This document shows positions 46,097 to 56,900 of a DNA stretch of 64,000 bases, in pieces. The notes under the pieces are model-generated. The model searched no databases. It saw nothing but the letters and a program-made list of their open reading frames with translations, and was not told where the DNA came from. Both the position numbers and the translations under genes were made by a program. The DNA is from an uncultured candidatus Brocadiaceae bacterium. GTDB taxonomy: Bacteria; Planctomycetota; UBA11346. The stretch spans positions 26,633 through 90,632 of the forward strand of contig CAZZAM010000003.1 of NCBI GenBank assembly GCA_964652775.1. The letters run 5' to 3'. Every line of letters begins with the position of its first letter. Positions within the stretch are counted from its first letter, which is position 1.

Positions 46097-47085
46097 TCCG
46101 AATTCAAGCACTCACCGTTTGGTGCGCGTTATCGGCTTGGTGCAGTGAAGCCCCATCGCGAGCAGTGATAGAAGCGGCCCAGCGCCAAGACTGGCCAGCG
46201 GTCATCACCGCCTGCGCCGCAGACTTCAGCCGTGAACAATCGCATGATGGATTCTGGGTCCTCTATGCCCGCGCCGCGATCGAACATGATGATCTGCGTT
46301 TAGCTGCGTCTCTGATCGACGGCGCATTGTCACGCTTTCCAGCCAACTCCGATGTACGCCGCCTGGAATTGGTTTACCTCAGTCGTTCCAAGCAAGCCGC
46401 GCCGTTACTCCGCGCCACCCAGGAATGGCTTCGTCTGCACGCTGATGATGTCGAAGCGTGGTCAGCACGCGCGTGGGCTGCTGCCAACCTCGGCGACCTG
46501 GCCGGCGCGTGCGCAGCGCTTGAGGCAATCGTACTCATGCACCCCGATGACCAGCAACGACGTCGGCAATTAGCCGAGCAACTACGCCATCAAGGTCTGA
46601 GTAGGGCGGCACTTGTTCACTATCAACTGCTTGTCGCACAAACCCCGTTGGATGTCGATCTCGTCGTAGCCGCCGCTACGTGCGCTGGCGATGCCAACAA
46701 TCCTCGCCTGGGCAGAACGTGGCTGAACGCGCTGCCGGGCGGTCGTCAGCAACAACTTTTGTCGGCTCGTTTGGCGGTTCAAGCTGGCGATCAGGCCGCA
46801 GCCGTGGCAGCTTTGGACATACTGATCAGCAACGGTGAGAATGACGCTCGTGTATTGGTATGGGCCGGACATCTCGCCGATCTGCGTGGCGATCTCGCTC
46901 GCGCCGAGGCGCTCTATAGTTCTGCTACGACTGCTGCGAAAGACGGGTCAGCAACGCTCCAATTAGCTGATCTCTACCGGCGAACCAATCGTACTGAGCA
47001 ATCACGCCAACTGTTAGAGCGTCATCTTGCCGCATACCCTGGCGATGCTGCCGCTCGAACTATGCTGGAAGCACTCCGCCAATAA
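46093..47085 (+). CDS. Secreted TPR protein (TtpD-like)
   Basis: Signal peptide; TPR-like helices (ALEAIVLMHPDD, YQLLVAQTPLD, LERHLAAYPGD). Confidence 0.8.
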   Translation: MIRIQALTVWCALSAWCSEAPSRAVIEAAQRQDWPAVITACAADFSREQSHDGFWVLYARAAIEHDDLRLAASLIDGALSRFPANSDVRRLELVYLSRSKQAAPLLRATQEWLRLHADDVEAWSARAWAAANLGDLAGACAALEAIVLMHPDDQQRRRQLAEQLRHQGLSRAALVHYQLLVAQTPLDVDLVVAAATCAGDANNPRLGRTWLNALPGGRQQQLLSARLAVQAGDQAAAVAALDILISNGENDARVLVWAGHLADLRGDLARAEALYSSATTAAKDGSATLQLADLYRRTNRTEQSRQLLERHLAAYPGDAAARTMLEALRQ

Positions 47086-47089
47086 AACA

Positions 47090-47120
47090 CCCACCCTGCG
47101 GACGAATCCGACAGGGTGGG
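47090..47120. terminator. Hairpin between convergent genes
   Basis: cccaccctg...cagggtggg stem. Confidence 0.6.
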
Positions 47121-47136
47121 CACATGCAACGCTGAC

Positions 47137-49650
47137 TCAGTTGGCGATTTTCTGCACGCCCATCTTGTTCCCAAGGATGGCCGCAGCACCAAGTGACAGC
47201 ATACCCGACGCATCCCAGTGCATTTCACCGGTCTTGTCGTTGGTATCGGCGGTGAAGAAGGCGTAGGCCTCCGTAATCTCAAGCCGCTGTCGGTAATCGG
47301 TCAACTGCTTCTGTAATTCCGGCTTCACCATCGCTGCGAAGGGACTGAAGGTCTTAACCAACGCTGCAGGTCGCATCAAGATACAGAACTGCGGCGCCTT
47401 GGTTGGCAGAGCTGCGATCGCCTTGCGAATGTCGCTCTGCTTGGTGAAGCCACCCATTCGATCAATGCCCGCGAGACCGCCGGGATTCGTCGTGCAGATC
47501 AGCTTGCCTTGCTGGTAGCCCATACTGAAGGCACTCATACCAGCATACATGGTGACCGTGCCGTCAGCATCACGCGTTTCGCCAGTCAGCGCGATTAGGT
47601 CGTCAGCAGTCGCCTGCGGCATGTCGATTTCGGCGGTGAACACCGGCATAGGAACACCGGGCTCAATCCAGGCCACGACGTTTCCATCAATAGTTGCTAT
47701 CGCTGTCCTGACCTTTTGGACGATCTGAGCCGTCTTGGTTTTATCCTCGATTGGCAGTGTGAGAAGCATCCCGTCGATCATGCTATCAAAGGCGACAGTC
47801 ATCGCGCTCGTCTGAGTCGTTTGTGGATGCATGACGAATCCAGATGCCAGAAATGCGTTTTCTGGAACAGCATCCAACCGCTTCAGATCCAGACGTGGAT
47901 ACGGCTGTGCATCTGCTAATGGTTTCAGTCCATCACCTATGACCGATGCGAATCGAATTCCGTCGTCGGTGACCGTCAACCGCATTGAAGTGCAGACTTT
48001 GGGTACCTTGCCAGGAATGCCGGGGTCAGTCCACATACTGGCTTCCAAATCAGCTTCTGGGGCAGCGGATCGCTCGGCGAGTGGCAGCATCGTTGCCAGC
48101 GACGCCAGTTGCTTGCCGTGGAGTTCAAAGCGTGCGCCGTTCAACACCAGGCGACTTTCGTCAGTCCCTTTCTTCAACGTCCATCCATCGGCACTTGGAC
48201 TGGCCGAATCAAAACCAAGACACGCACCGGCCTGCAATTGTTGTTTCATAAGACCTAACGCAGGAGCATCTGCTGATGCAAATGCCAACCAGCCATGCAG
48301 CGACCCCATGGTATGCTGCAATGCTGCCGAAGGGTCTTCATCATGTTCGCTCAGTAGTTTGATCTGCGTGCTCAGACGCTCTTTGTCCGCGTCATTCGTC
48401 GCTTGGGCCAATTCCTGCTGCAGGAGCACGGCTTTTTGAGCCGACTGTTTCACCGCTTCCATCTGTTTATGGGCCTTGTCCATAGTCTGTTTCGTAAACG
48501 CAATCTGGATTTGACTTCGTTCCGCACTGGTCGTCGCCTTGCGCATTTTGAGCTGCATGTCATATCCAGCAGCCCGATCTTCGGGTGTAGATATGGCATC
48601 CATACCAAGCACTAGCACGCCTTCGCGGACTGAAGCAATGGTGTTCAGCACGTCTTCGCCACCGGGCGGCATCAGTGCCATTTCCGGCACTTTGCGCAGG
48701 CGTGCGATGGTACGCGGGCCGTTGTTCCAACGCACAGCGCCCCAACCGCTGGCCTTCTCGGGATTGATCTCGAAGTCCTCTCCCTCTGGTGGTGGATTAG
48801 CGACGACCGCCTTCACGACGGTCGGCTTGGTTATGGGTGATGTGATTGGAGCGTCGCTGCTGCTCGACAAGATCACACCGGTGGTTGCACCACCGATGAC
48901 CAGGAGAGAAGCGGCGACGATGGCAAAACGGGACATGTTCGATCTTTCGGGACGCGACCAGCGGACGACACGGTCGGAAAGAGCGGCGGTCGTCCCCGCT
49001 CCTCCACCGGCCTGAGCCAGATCACGCAGATGGACCATCACCGTCGCCGGTACCGCCGCTTGTGCTTCTGCTTGTAAGCAGGTGAGCAATGCGGCTGCAC
49101 TGAGCACCACACCACGTCCGGCCAGTTGCGTCCGCAGACGCGCGAGGCCGCGATTGAGGCGGTCTTTCACGGTGCTCAGCCCCGCGTTGGTTTGCTGCGC
49201 TACCTCGGCCAGGGATCGCCCAGCAAGATAGTGCAACGTGACCGCTTCACGCTCGGCAGCAGGAAGTTCAGCCAAACAGGCATCTAGGTGATCCTCGAAG
49301 CCGGACATGGCCGCCTCCTCAGCAGCTGGTTGTGGTGGTGGTGCAGACAATTCGGCGCGCGTGCGCCGATAACTATCACGCTTGGCATTGCGAACGACGT
49401 TGCTTGCCACCGTCATCAGCCAGGCCGCAAGGACCGGACTTGCCGCGGCTTGATCACGCTTTTGGGCGAGAACCAAGAACACAGCTTGGGTGGCATCATC
49501 GGCATCCGCAGCGCCCAACGCGCGACGGCAGCGATTGAACACCATCGGGGCGTAACGGGTCACGATGGCGTCGTAACCACGTTCATCTCCTGCTGCCCAC
49601 GCCTTGGCGAGGTCAGTATCGGTTTGTTCAAGCACTGGAAGGTGATCCAT
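47137..49650 (-). CDS. ECF sigma-70 factor fused through a TM helix to a large C-terminal domain
   Basis: Region 2: YAPMVFNRCRR..DADDATQAVFLVL..AWLMTVASN. Region 4: LPAAEREAVTLHY..SLAEVA..TVKDRLNRG. TM: FAIVAASLLVIGGATTGVIL. Confidence 0.9.
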   Translation of the reverse strand: MDHLPVLEQTDTDLAKAWAAGDERGYDAIVTRYAPMVFNRCRRALGAADADDATQAVFLVLAQKRDQAAASPVLAAWLMTVASNVVRNAKRDSYRRTRAELSAPPPQPAAEEAAMSGFEDHLDACLAELPAAEREAVTLHYLAGRSLAEVAQQTNAGLSTVKDRLNRGLARLRTQLAGRGVVLSAAALLTCLQAEAQAAVPATVMVHLRDLAQAGGGAGTTAALSDRVVRWSRPERSNMSRFAIVAASLLVIGGATTGVILSSSSDAPITSPITKPTVVKAVVANPPPEGEDFEINPEKASGWGAVRWNNGPRTIARLRKVPEMALMPPGGEDVLNTIASVREGVLVLGMDAISTPEDRAAGYDMQLKMRKATTSAERSQIQIAFTKQTMDKAHKQMEAVKQSAQKAVLLQQELAQATNDADKERLSTQIKLLSEHDEDPSAALQHTMGSLHGWLAFASADAPALGLMKQQLQAGACLGFDSASPSADGWTLKKGTDESRLVLNGARFELHGKQLASLATMLPLAERSAAPEADLEASMWTDPGIPGKVPKVCTSMRLTVTDDGIRFASVIGDGLKPLADAQPYPRLDLKRLDAVPENAFLASGFVMHPQTTQTSAMTVAFDSMIDGMLLTLPIEDKTKTAQIVQKVRTAIATIDGNVVAWIEPGVPMPVFTAEIDMPQATADDLIALTGETRDADGTVTMYAGMSAFSMGYQQGKLICTTNPGGLAGIDRMGGFTKQSDIRKAIAALPTKAPQFCILMRPAALVKTFSPFAAMVKPELQKQLTDYRQRLEITEAYAFFTADTNDKTGEMHWDASGMLSLGAAAILGNKMGVQKIAN

Positions 49651-49727
49651 CTGCGAGGACTCCTGCACCAACATATGTCCTCAGCATGGACACCTGGCCG
49701 GATCTTTCAGTCTTGTCACCCAAACTG

Positions 49728-50438
49728 TTAGAATAACGAGTTATACAGACTGCCTGGAATCAACGATGCCGACTGCTGCTGCTTGACCACCTGCAGCTCA
49801 CGTTGCTCCTTGGTCGTCCGATTGCTGCCTTCAAGCGTCTGCTGCACCGTGGTTAGGTCTTCGACGCGTCCGGAAATGCGCTCGACCTGCTTGTTTGCCA
49901 GGTCGTTGTCAGTGGTCGTTTTCTCCTTCGCGGCGGCGAGCACTTTGGCAGCTTCGCGCAACTGACCTTCGCTGGCCGTGCTGAGATCGATTTTTCGCAG
50001 GTCCTTGAGCGACGAAATCGTGTCCGATGCCTTTGTTCCTAGCTCTTCCGGCTCGCTTATCGTGGCCCGCTTCACATCGTAGATTTTGTTGGTCAAGGTT
50101 TTGTCAGCCAGAGCATTCTTCTGCTCTTTGACTCCTTCATCAATCGCATCAAGTTCTTTGGTTAGCTCGAGCTGCAGTTTGCGTTTGTCTTCAGCGCTGA
50201 TTCCTGGCTTGAGCGCTTGATCAATCGTGTCGCTCGCCTTGCTGACTTGGTCTTTCACCTTGGTGGTGCCATCACGAACTTTGGTTGCCTGCGTATAGCC
50301 CTTAGCCGCGTCACTGAGGCGTGCCTGGTTGGCGCGCTTGGCGCCGGAAACTGCTTCAGATGTCGCGTCGTTCGTCGTCTTGGTTGATCGTGTTGCCTGG
50401 TTGTACTGGTAACTCTTCACCAATTGATCAATACGCAT
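49728..50438 (-). CDS. Helical hypothetical protein, divergent flagellin-like
   Basis: GGAGG RBS before ATG 50438. QALKPGISAEDKRKLQLELTKELDAID and IDLSTAS...VERISGRVEDL echo flagellin D1 helices, but the canonical RIN.A.DDAAG and FNG motifs are absent. Confidence 0.5.
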   Translation of the reverse strand: MRIDQLVKSYQYNQATRSTKTTNDATSEAVSGAKRANQARLSDAAKGYTQATKVRDGTTKVKDQVSKASDTIDQALKPGISAEDKRKLQLELTKELDAIDEGVKEQKNALADKTLTNKIYDVKRATISEPEELGTKASDTISSLKDLRKIDLSTASEGQLREAAKVLAAAKEKTTTDNDLANKQVERISGRVEDLTTVQQTLEGSNRTTKEQRELQVVKQQQSASLIPGSLYNSLF

Positions 50439-50467
50439 GGCAGCCTCCGTGCTGACCAAGCTGACGG

Positions 50468-50494
50468 TTATCAGCCTTGGCGACGGTAGGATAT
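50468..50494 (-). promoter_or_regulatory. Possible sigma28-like promoter
   Basis: -10 GCTGATAA (7/8 match to GCCGATAA) at 50475-50468; the -35 position 15 bp upstream reads ATAT (poor match to TAAA). Confidence 0.3.
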
Positions 50495-50608
50495 GCCCGC
50501 TCGAGAACGGTTACAAGCAGCATCGGTAAAACCCGCACCGACTTGAGTCCTTCGTCTCAGCCTGGCGCCGGACAGGTGGTCGTTTGCAACCATCTACTGA
50601 ACCAGTTG

Positions 50609-53600
50609 TTATGCGTTTGGCCCACGCCAGCGCAGAGCGCAGAACCCAGCCAACCCGAACAACAGGACTGCGCCGCATAGCCAAAGCCACGGTCGCCACG
50701 ACGACCGCAATGGCGTTAGAACTAATTCACCATCCAGTGCTCCACCTTGGCCACGCAACATCAAGACGTTACCTGTCGGCTCGCGCACCAATTCAATCCC
50801 TGTGAGTGCCGTGCCGTTGATGAGCGCAAGACCTGGTGGCATTTGTCCCATACCGAGCCCGCCGCCTCCGACGAGATGGAGCGCATCGTCCCAGGGAACC
50901 ACCTGCGCTGATAGACGCGCCGGCTGATCCAGCGCTGACAGTCGATCAAGCGCAGGCCGCATTGACTTCTGTGCTATATCATTGTTGTTCCAACGATTTC
51001 CCAATTGATCGATGTTGAGCTGCCGACGACGATCAGCGCGGTTGCCATAGGCTCCTTTGATCTGCAGCTGCATTTCATTCAAACGCTGGCCATTGTCAGA
51101 AATCGCTTTGGTTGTCGATTGGACCTTTGACGACCACAGTGATGATGCCGCCGCCAGTCCGCGCAGTTCTGCGCTGCGTTGGCCGATGCTGATAAGATGA
51201 TCCTTGAGTTCGCTATCGAGCACGGCGAGTTGTCCTTCAAGTCGCTTGAGACCAGCCTCATTCAGGCCATCAACCGCCTGCAAACGCTGGATTTCATCGA
51301 TCACGGCCTGGGCCCGATCAGCTGCGGCCTCTGCGGGATCAGCGTTCTGTAGTGCACCGCCAGAGCGCACTAATTCCCAGCCAGGTGGGGCGGCGATCCG
51401 CCAAACGCTCGTGATGACTTTCAGTTCTCCGATCGTCGGAGGCAACAACCGGATTACACCATGACCTGATGCGCGACTGCGCCACACGAGACCAACTCGC
51501 GTGGAGGCTTGACCAGGACGAAGCGTTGAAACCGGCAACCACATACTGCCAGAAACATCACGACGCACGCGCACCGGATGTCCATCGACTCGCGCTTCCC
51601 ACAGCTCAACCCCCTCGGGTACCCGTAGCGGAAATTGCTGTCGCGTCCGATTCACCACATGCCAGGTCGCCAAACCACGTAATTCGCCATCGGGAGCCAC
51701 GCTCACCGAGCCATCAACCAAGGTGGCGAGTCCGTCAGCTCCAGTTGTGGCAGCTAACGGTTCACGCACCAATCCAAGCGACCAGTCGGCCCGAGCAGCT
51801 TTCCACAACAAGCGGATCTGCTTGCGCTCGACCCCGTCAGGAAGCCGGGCAATCGGCGATTCCAATTCACTGAGTCCGTCGATCTCCCGCTTAATAAGGC
51901 CAAGATCGTCTTCCTCGACCAGGGCAATCTGTTGTACGCAACGCAGACCATCAACCTGCGGGGCCTGCATACGCACTGCGCCATCACTCCCAACGGGTAA
52001 ATCAAGTTCGAGATCAATCGCAACTGGTGTCGCGCCTGTAGCCGCCATGCGTAACTGAAGAACGCCCTGATCGTTCTGCCAGCCACCCAAACCAACCCCG
52101 GTTACCGACACCAGCCGAGCACCGATTGGCAGGCGCATGGAAAGCCGATCAATCACCCCCTGTTCGGGCAGCGCATCGATATGCAACGACCAACGTACAC
52201 CGTCGCGGCCGAGGATCACATAGTGTGATAACGTCGCCGTCGTCACTGCGGCATCGGTGGTCAGACGCACAACTGGCGCGGCCGAACTCGGCAGCTCAGC
52301 CGCGGAACGCCAACGCTCACCCGCAAGCAACAGCAGTGCATTGGTGCGCAACAATTCTTGAATCATGCTATCAGGCGACAACGGACGAGCATCGCTGGCT
52401 TCTAGTCTGATGCGGGTGGCACCAGCATCGGCAACCGCCACGCGTAGTCGCCCAGCGACAACTCCGGTACCAAGTGGCATCAGCGTGGGAATGACTGGTG
52501 AACGATCAAATGCCGATCGGTCGGCTTCTAGACGCATGTTGATGCGGGCTCCCGACGTCCACGGCGAGGCTGCGCTCAGCACCATCGCGCGCGCCGCGCC
52601 AGTTCCGGTTACTGCCCACGTTGTGGCACCATCGATTGATGCCACGCGCCACGGTGTAGGCAGAGCGATACGGACACTCTCCTGCGCACCCTTGCCAGCG
52701 ATGACGAGCATGCCGACTGCACGAGCGCGACCCTCACCGACGATAAGCGCAAGATCACGGGTTACCGATAACTCATTGGCCAGTGACTCCCACGCGATGG
52801 TCAGACCGACAGGCTGATCGTCCCAGCGCACGGCTAGTGCCTCACCGTCGATCGGCTGTGCGCTTGCAAGCGCAGCGTGCTCGGGACGCAGAAAACGTTC
52901 TCCATCGGCTGCTGATAATCCAATGCGTCCGCGACTGACCGCCGCACCTGGCACCACCAGCGTCACTGCTGCGCGACCAGAACCACCGCTGCGCGCGACC
53001 ATTCCCTGCAGGCGCACCTGCCGAGACGCGGCCGGTTCAGCAAAGGTTATCACCACTTGATTGCCATCCTGACGCCAGCCTGCCACGCCACTGCCTGCCA
53101 GCTCGGACAAGATAAGTCCCGACGGAACCACCAACCGCGCACTGCCCAGCGGCGCGCCAGCACTCGCCAGAGACACCACTGCCGACCACGCGACGTGACC
53201 CGCAGCAAGACGCACCGTCACGTTTTGCTCGACTGACAGGCGACTGTCCATCGGCGTCGCTTCAGCAGGTAACTGCCAACCCAGATCTATCGCTCCACCA
53301 GCAGTCGGCAGATCGGCTCGTCCATCGACCAACACCAATCCATCAGCAACCGGTCGCCACGGCATGGGCGCCCGTAGCCGGGCCTGACCACCAAGCGTTG
53401 GCGCGACGCGCAGCGAAATCCTGCGGCCACCAGCGCCATCAGTCGCCTTGCGGGTGAATTGAATCGCCAACAGCGCTTGCTGATCTCCCGCCAGCGAAAC
53501 GACCAGTTGATCACCTTCGGTTTTCCAGGTCACGCGTCCGGGTGGCGGCGACGAACCACCAGAAAGCGGCAGCAACTCCAATCCCTGCACGGCGCCGGGT

Positions 53601-53914
53601 AATGGCAGACGCATCACCTGCCAACCAGGCGCAGGAACAGCGATTGGTATTTCCAAACGCCCCTCAACCGCATCGCCGACCAGGGACAGTACAAACGACT
53701 GCGCACCGATTGCCAGTTGTACGGGCGGATCTGCAGGACGTGCAGCACCATGAGTACGCGACCACAAGTCGTCGAACTGTGCACGAGGTAGGGCAACCAC
53801 CACGCCGATCGGGCGCCCCTGCGCATCAAGTCGATCGTAGCCCATGAGGCGCACGGCGTCATCAGCGGCATGCAGTGATGCCAGGACAAACAGCGTCAAA
53901 AACAGGCGATTCAT
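50609..53914 (-). CDS. Giant exported beta-rich protein, paralog C (1101 aa), with coiled-coil insert and C-terminal TM
   Basis: Signal MNRLFLTLFVLASLHA at the ATGA overlap (53914); VALPRAQFDDLW motif; LRVPEGVELWEARVDG modules; terminal TM WLWLCGAVLLFGLAGFCAL. Confidence 0.8.
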   Translation of the reverse strand: MNRLFLTLFVLASLHAADDAVRLMGYDRLDAQGRPIGVVVALPRAQFDDLWSRTHGAARPADPPVQLAIGAQSFVLSLVGDAVEGRLEIPIAVPAPGWQVMRLPLPGAVQGLELLPLSGGSSPPPGRVTWKTEGDQLVVSLAGDQQALLAIQFTRKATDGAGGRRISLRVAPTLGGQARLRAPMPWRPVADGLVLVDGRADLPTAGGAIDLGWQLPAEATPMDSRLSVEQNVTVRLAAGHVAWSAVVSLASAGAPLGSARLVVPSGLILSELAGSGVAGWRQDGNQVVITFAEPAASRQVRLQGMVARSGGSGRAAVTLVVPGAAVSRGRIGLSAADGERFLRPEHAALASAQPIDGEALAVRWDDQPVGLTIAWESLANELSVTRDLALIVGEGRARAVGMLVIAGKGAQESVRIALPTPWRVASIDGATTWAVTGTGAARAMVLSAASPWTSGARINMRLEADRSAFDRSPVIPTLMPLGTGVVAGRLRVAVADAGATRIRLEASDARPLSPDSMIQELLRTNALLLLAGERWRSAAELPSSAAPVVRLTTDAAVTTATLSHYVILGRDGVRWSLHIDALPEQGVIDRLSMRLPIGARLVSVTGVGLGGWQNDQGVLQLRMAATGATPVAIDLELDLPVGSDGAVRMQAPQVDGLRCVQQIALVEEDDLGLIKREIDGLSELESPIARLPDGVERKQIRLLWKAARADWSLGLVREPLAATTGADGLATLVDGSVSVAPDGELRGLATWHVVNRTRQQFPLRVPEGVELWEARVDGHPVRVRRDVSGSMWLPVSTLRPGQASTRVGLVWRSRASGHGVIRLLPPTIGELKVITSVWRIAAPPGWELVRSGGALQNADPAEAAADRAQAVIDEIQRLQAVDGLNEAGLKRLEGQLAVLDSELKDHLISIGQRSAELRGLAAASSLWSSKVQSTTKAISDNGQRLNEMQLQIKGAYGNRADRRRQLNIDQLGNRWNNNDIAQKSMRPALDRLSALDQPARLSAQVVPWDDALHLVGGGGLGMGQMPPGLALINGTALTGIELVREPTGNVLMLRGQGGALDGELVLTPLRSSWRPWLWLCGAVLLFGLAGFCALRWRGPNA

Positions 53915-56900
53915 AGACTCCTCCGTCGAGACCACATGCGGCGCATGACAACGGCGACAACAACAACCAGCGGTAGCCACTCACAGAATGCCAAAGCTAC
54001 TCCAAAAGACTCCTGCCACTGCAGCAACGCCACGCTGAGCGGAATCGCAGCCACCGCACACGCGACGATCAGCCGCGCAACGAAACCAGGAGCAACACAG
54101 ACAATCAGCCCAGCGATCAGCGCCAATGCCCTGCCCAGCACATCGACCTGTCGCAATTCGGTAATCGGAACGAGATGCAACGCAGCGGCGCTCGGGACAC
54201 CAATCCGTTCGCCAACAAAGAACTGTCCGGCAAGATTGATGGCTGGTTCGCAGCGTGGTCGCTGGGGAATCGGAGGCGGCAGGAGACTGCGCGTGTCTCC
54301 CGTGGTGGGCAGTGGCGCTTCTTGGTTCGGCCCGCCAACTCGAGCAACATCACCACCCCCGATGCGCCAACCAGACAACCAGATGCGTTGCGTGCTCTGG
54401 ACAGAGCCTAGAGCGAGCGGCATCCAGGCGGGATTCGTCATCGCAACAGCGCGTAGCGAATGATCGACCGCAATCTGCCATGTAGTCTTGGTTACCGGGA
54501 GGCCACCAAGACCCGGCGGCGCTTGCTTCCCGTCATGCAATGGCGTGACGTAGAGCACCACCAGATGCACCAGCGTTCGGCTTGGCAGATGCAGCAGTAG
54601 TCGATTCCCGTCGCGGCGAACCGCAGCGGGCACGCCATCAATCGCAACTTGCTCGAGCACCGCACCAGTCGGTAAGGCCAAATCCAATTCGGCCAAGCCT
54701 GCTGCGGCCAGGCGACAGGATGCATACGTGCGGATGCCGTGTGGACCAAATTGCGAAGCAAGCTGCAAAGCGTCGATAAATCCAGCCGGAAGCTGCGCCA
54801 ATGCACGATCAGCGGTGCGCCAACCACCGGCATCGCCGTCACCCAATCGCCAAGCTACAGCTACCGCTGCACCAGGAATGGCATTCGCCCACGCCGGTAG
54901 TTCATCGGCGTCAATCGGACGTGCAGCAGGACCAATAGCGATTTGCAGATCACGTTCACCGGGAGCCTGCAGTGCGGCCCAACGCCGTACAACCGGAACC
55001 CGAACTGAGGATGGAAAGGTGACGGTTATCATCGGAATGCGGCCAGCAGCAGCTGGACGTAGTCGCCCTTCAATCCGCAATAGACGTTCCCCCCGCCAGG
55101 GTTTTGCCGAAGCAATCGTGAATGGGCCATCGCCGGTCATGGTCAGACCATCGCCTATGATCCGCAGGTCAGCGTCCTTGACCAAAGGAAGTCCAAGATC
55201 AAGGCGCGTCAATTCCCCATCCCGGACCGCAAGTCGCACGTCCACGCGGCACCACGTTGCCTCGGTAGCTGGCAACAGCCAGCAGACAGCATCGACATCA
55301 ACTGCTGCGGCGCGCGGCTTCGCCGTCACCACAACAGGCGCGATATCACCATCTGAGAATAACTCGGCGCGAGCATAGGCAGGGGCGCTCATGCTTTCCG
55401 GGGATTGCCGCCACCCAGATCCATCAATGGCAAGCTCCACGCCCGGCGCACCTGATATCAGCATGCGATGGGCCGCTCTGGTAGCGTCGTGAATCACTGC
55501 CGGCATTGCCGGTGCGAGTGCCTGGGTCGGCATTTCCGCTGCCAATATGATCGTCATGTCAGTTCCGGGCGCGAGTCCGGCGGGCAAAGCAATGACCGTG
55601 GTTGAACCTGGTACCAGTTCGTCAATGGGCGGCACGACTCCCTGTTCGCTGCGTATGGCAGTTACTTTCCAACCCGCTGGCAGCGCCAGTGGCAAGCGGA
55701 AAACCCGGCTTCCACCAGCACGAATGATCAGCACCTGATCGAAGGTCGAACGCTCGACACCAACCGCGATCGCCGTGCTCGAGGACATGGCAAGGCCAGC
55801 CTCTGGTAGCAATCGGCTTACCATCATGCCGGCATCCGGCGCGGTGACGGCAAACAGGCGCGAACCGTCTTGTTGCGTGCCGAGTGGTCGCCATCCGGGT
55901 GGTGGCTCACAGGACAACGCCTCTGCTGCTACCAAGCGGACGCGTCCGGTCTGCCACGCGGCGCCAATAATGCGCGGCAAGGCCACCGGCGCGTCGGTAG
56001 CCAGAAATCCTTCCAGTACACAGGTGAGCGATCCAGCACTTCGCGTGATCTCAACGCCCCCAGCAATGGGCTGCAAACGTGCTACGCCCGTCAGCGCTGC
56101 GCTACACGTGAATCCGACTGGCAGCTGAACATTGATGACCGACGGCGGGGTTCCCCGCTTGGGATCAAGTTGGATTGCCCACCGCAACGGACGCGGTCCA
56201 TTTTGAACCTGCACATCAAGCATGTGAACCACGCCGTACACCAGAGCGTCATCCCCCCCTCCACCAGGGAGCCAAGCGAACGGCAGCATGGGACCGGGCG
56301 GAATCACCAGACGCCAGCCATCGCCGTCCTTCGCCAAGCCGTGCGCATCTGCCGATCCCTTGCCGTCACCAACGACACGCAGCGACAAGCCACCAGCGAG
56401 CGGCAAGGGGATGTTGGCAGTTCGTCGTTGGATGTCGCCAACCAACGGCACTGTCCATCGGATGACTCCAGAAAACGTTCCCGCCCGTGGTACCAACACG
56501 CGCACCGGATTGCCCGGCGCAAGTACCGCCGGGGCATGACCAAGACTGACCGCACCCAGATATTCCGGAGCAGTAACAAATAGATCTGCCAATGCTGGGC
56601 CGTCACTCCGATTGATGGCGGTGTAGTCCGCCACGAATTCGACCCCGCGCCCATCAATGACCCGCGCGCTTATTTCTGCTGAGGCGATGAACGCAGGCGC
56701 TCCGCGCATTGGCGTTGGAACATCCGGATTGCCAGCGCGGAGTTTCTGATACTCCGCCAACGGCAGGAGCAGCCACTCCTGCTTGGCATCCAACTGCTTC
56801 ATCAATTCAGGCAGCGGAAGCAGAACTGGCTGCTCGATTGCAGACATAACGCTGATGAAGCAGCCCAGCGCCATTATCCACAGTCTGGAAGTCCGGAAGT

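Noticed and set aside
42547-47085. TonB cluster as a novel system
   Set aside because: Gene order (DUF3450, TtpC-like, exbB, exbD, tonB, TPR) matches the known TonB2/TonB3-type arrangement. Only the in-frame REP is unusual.
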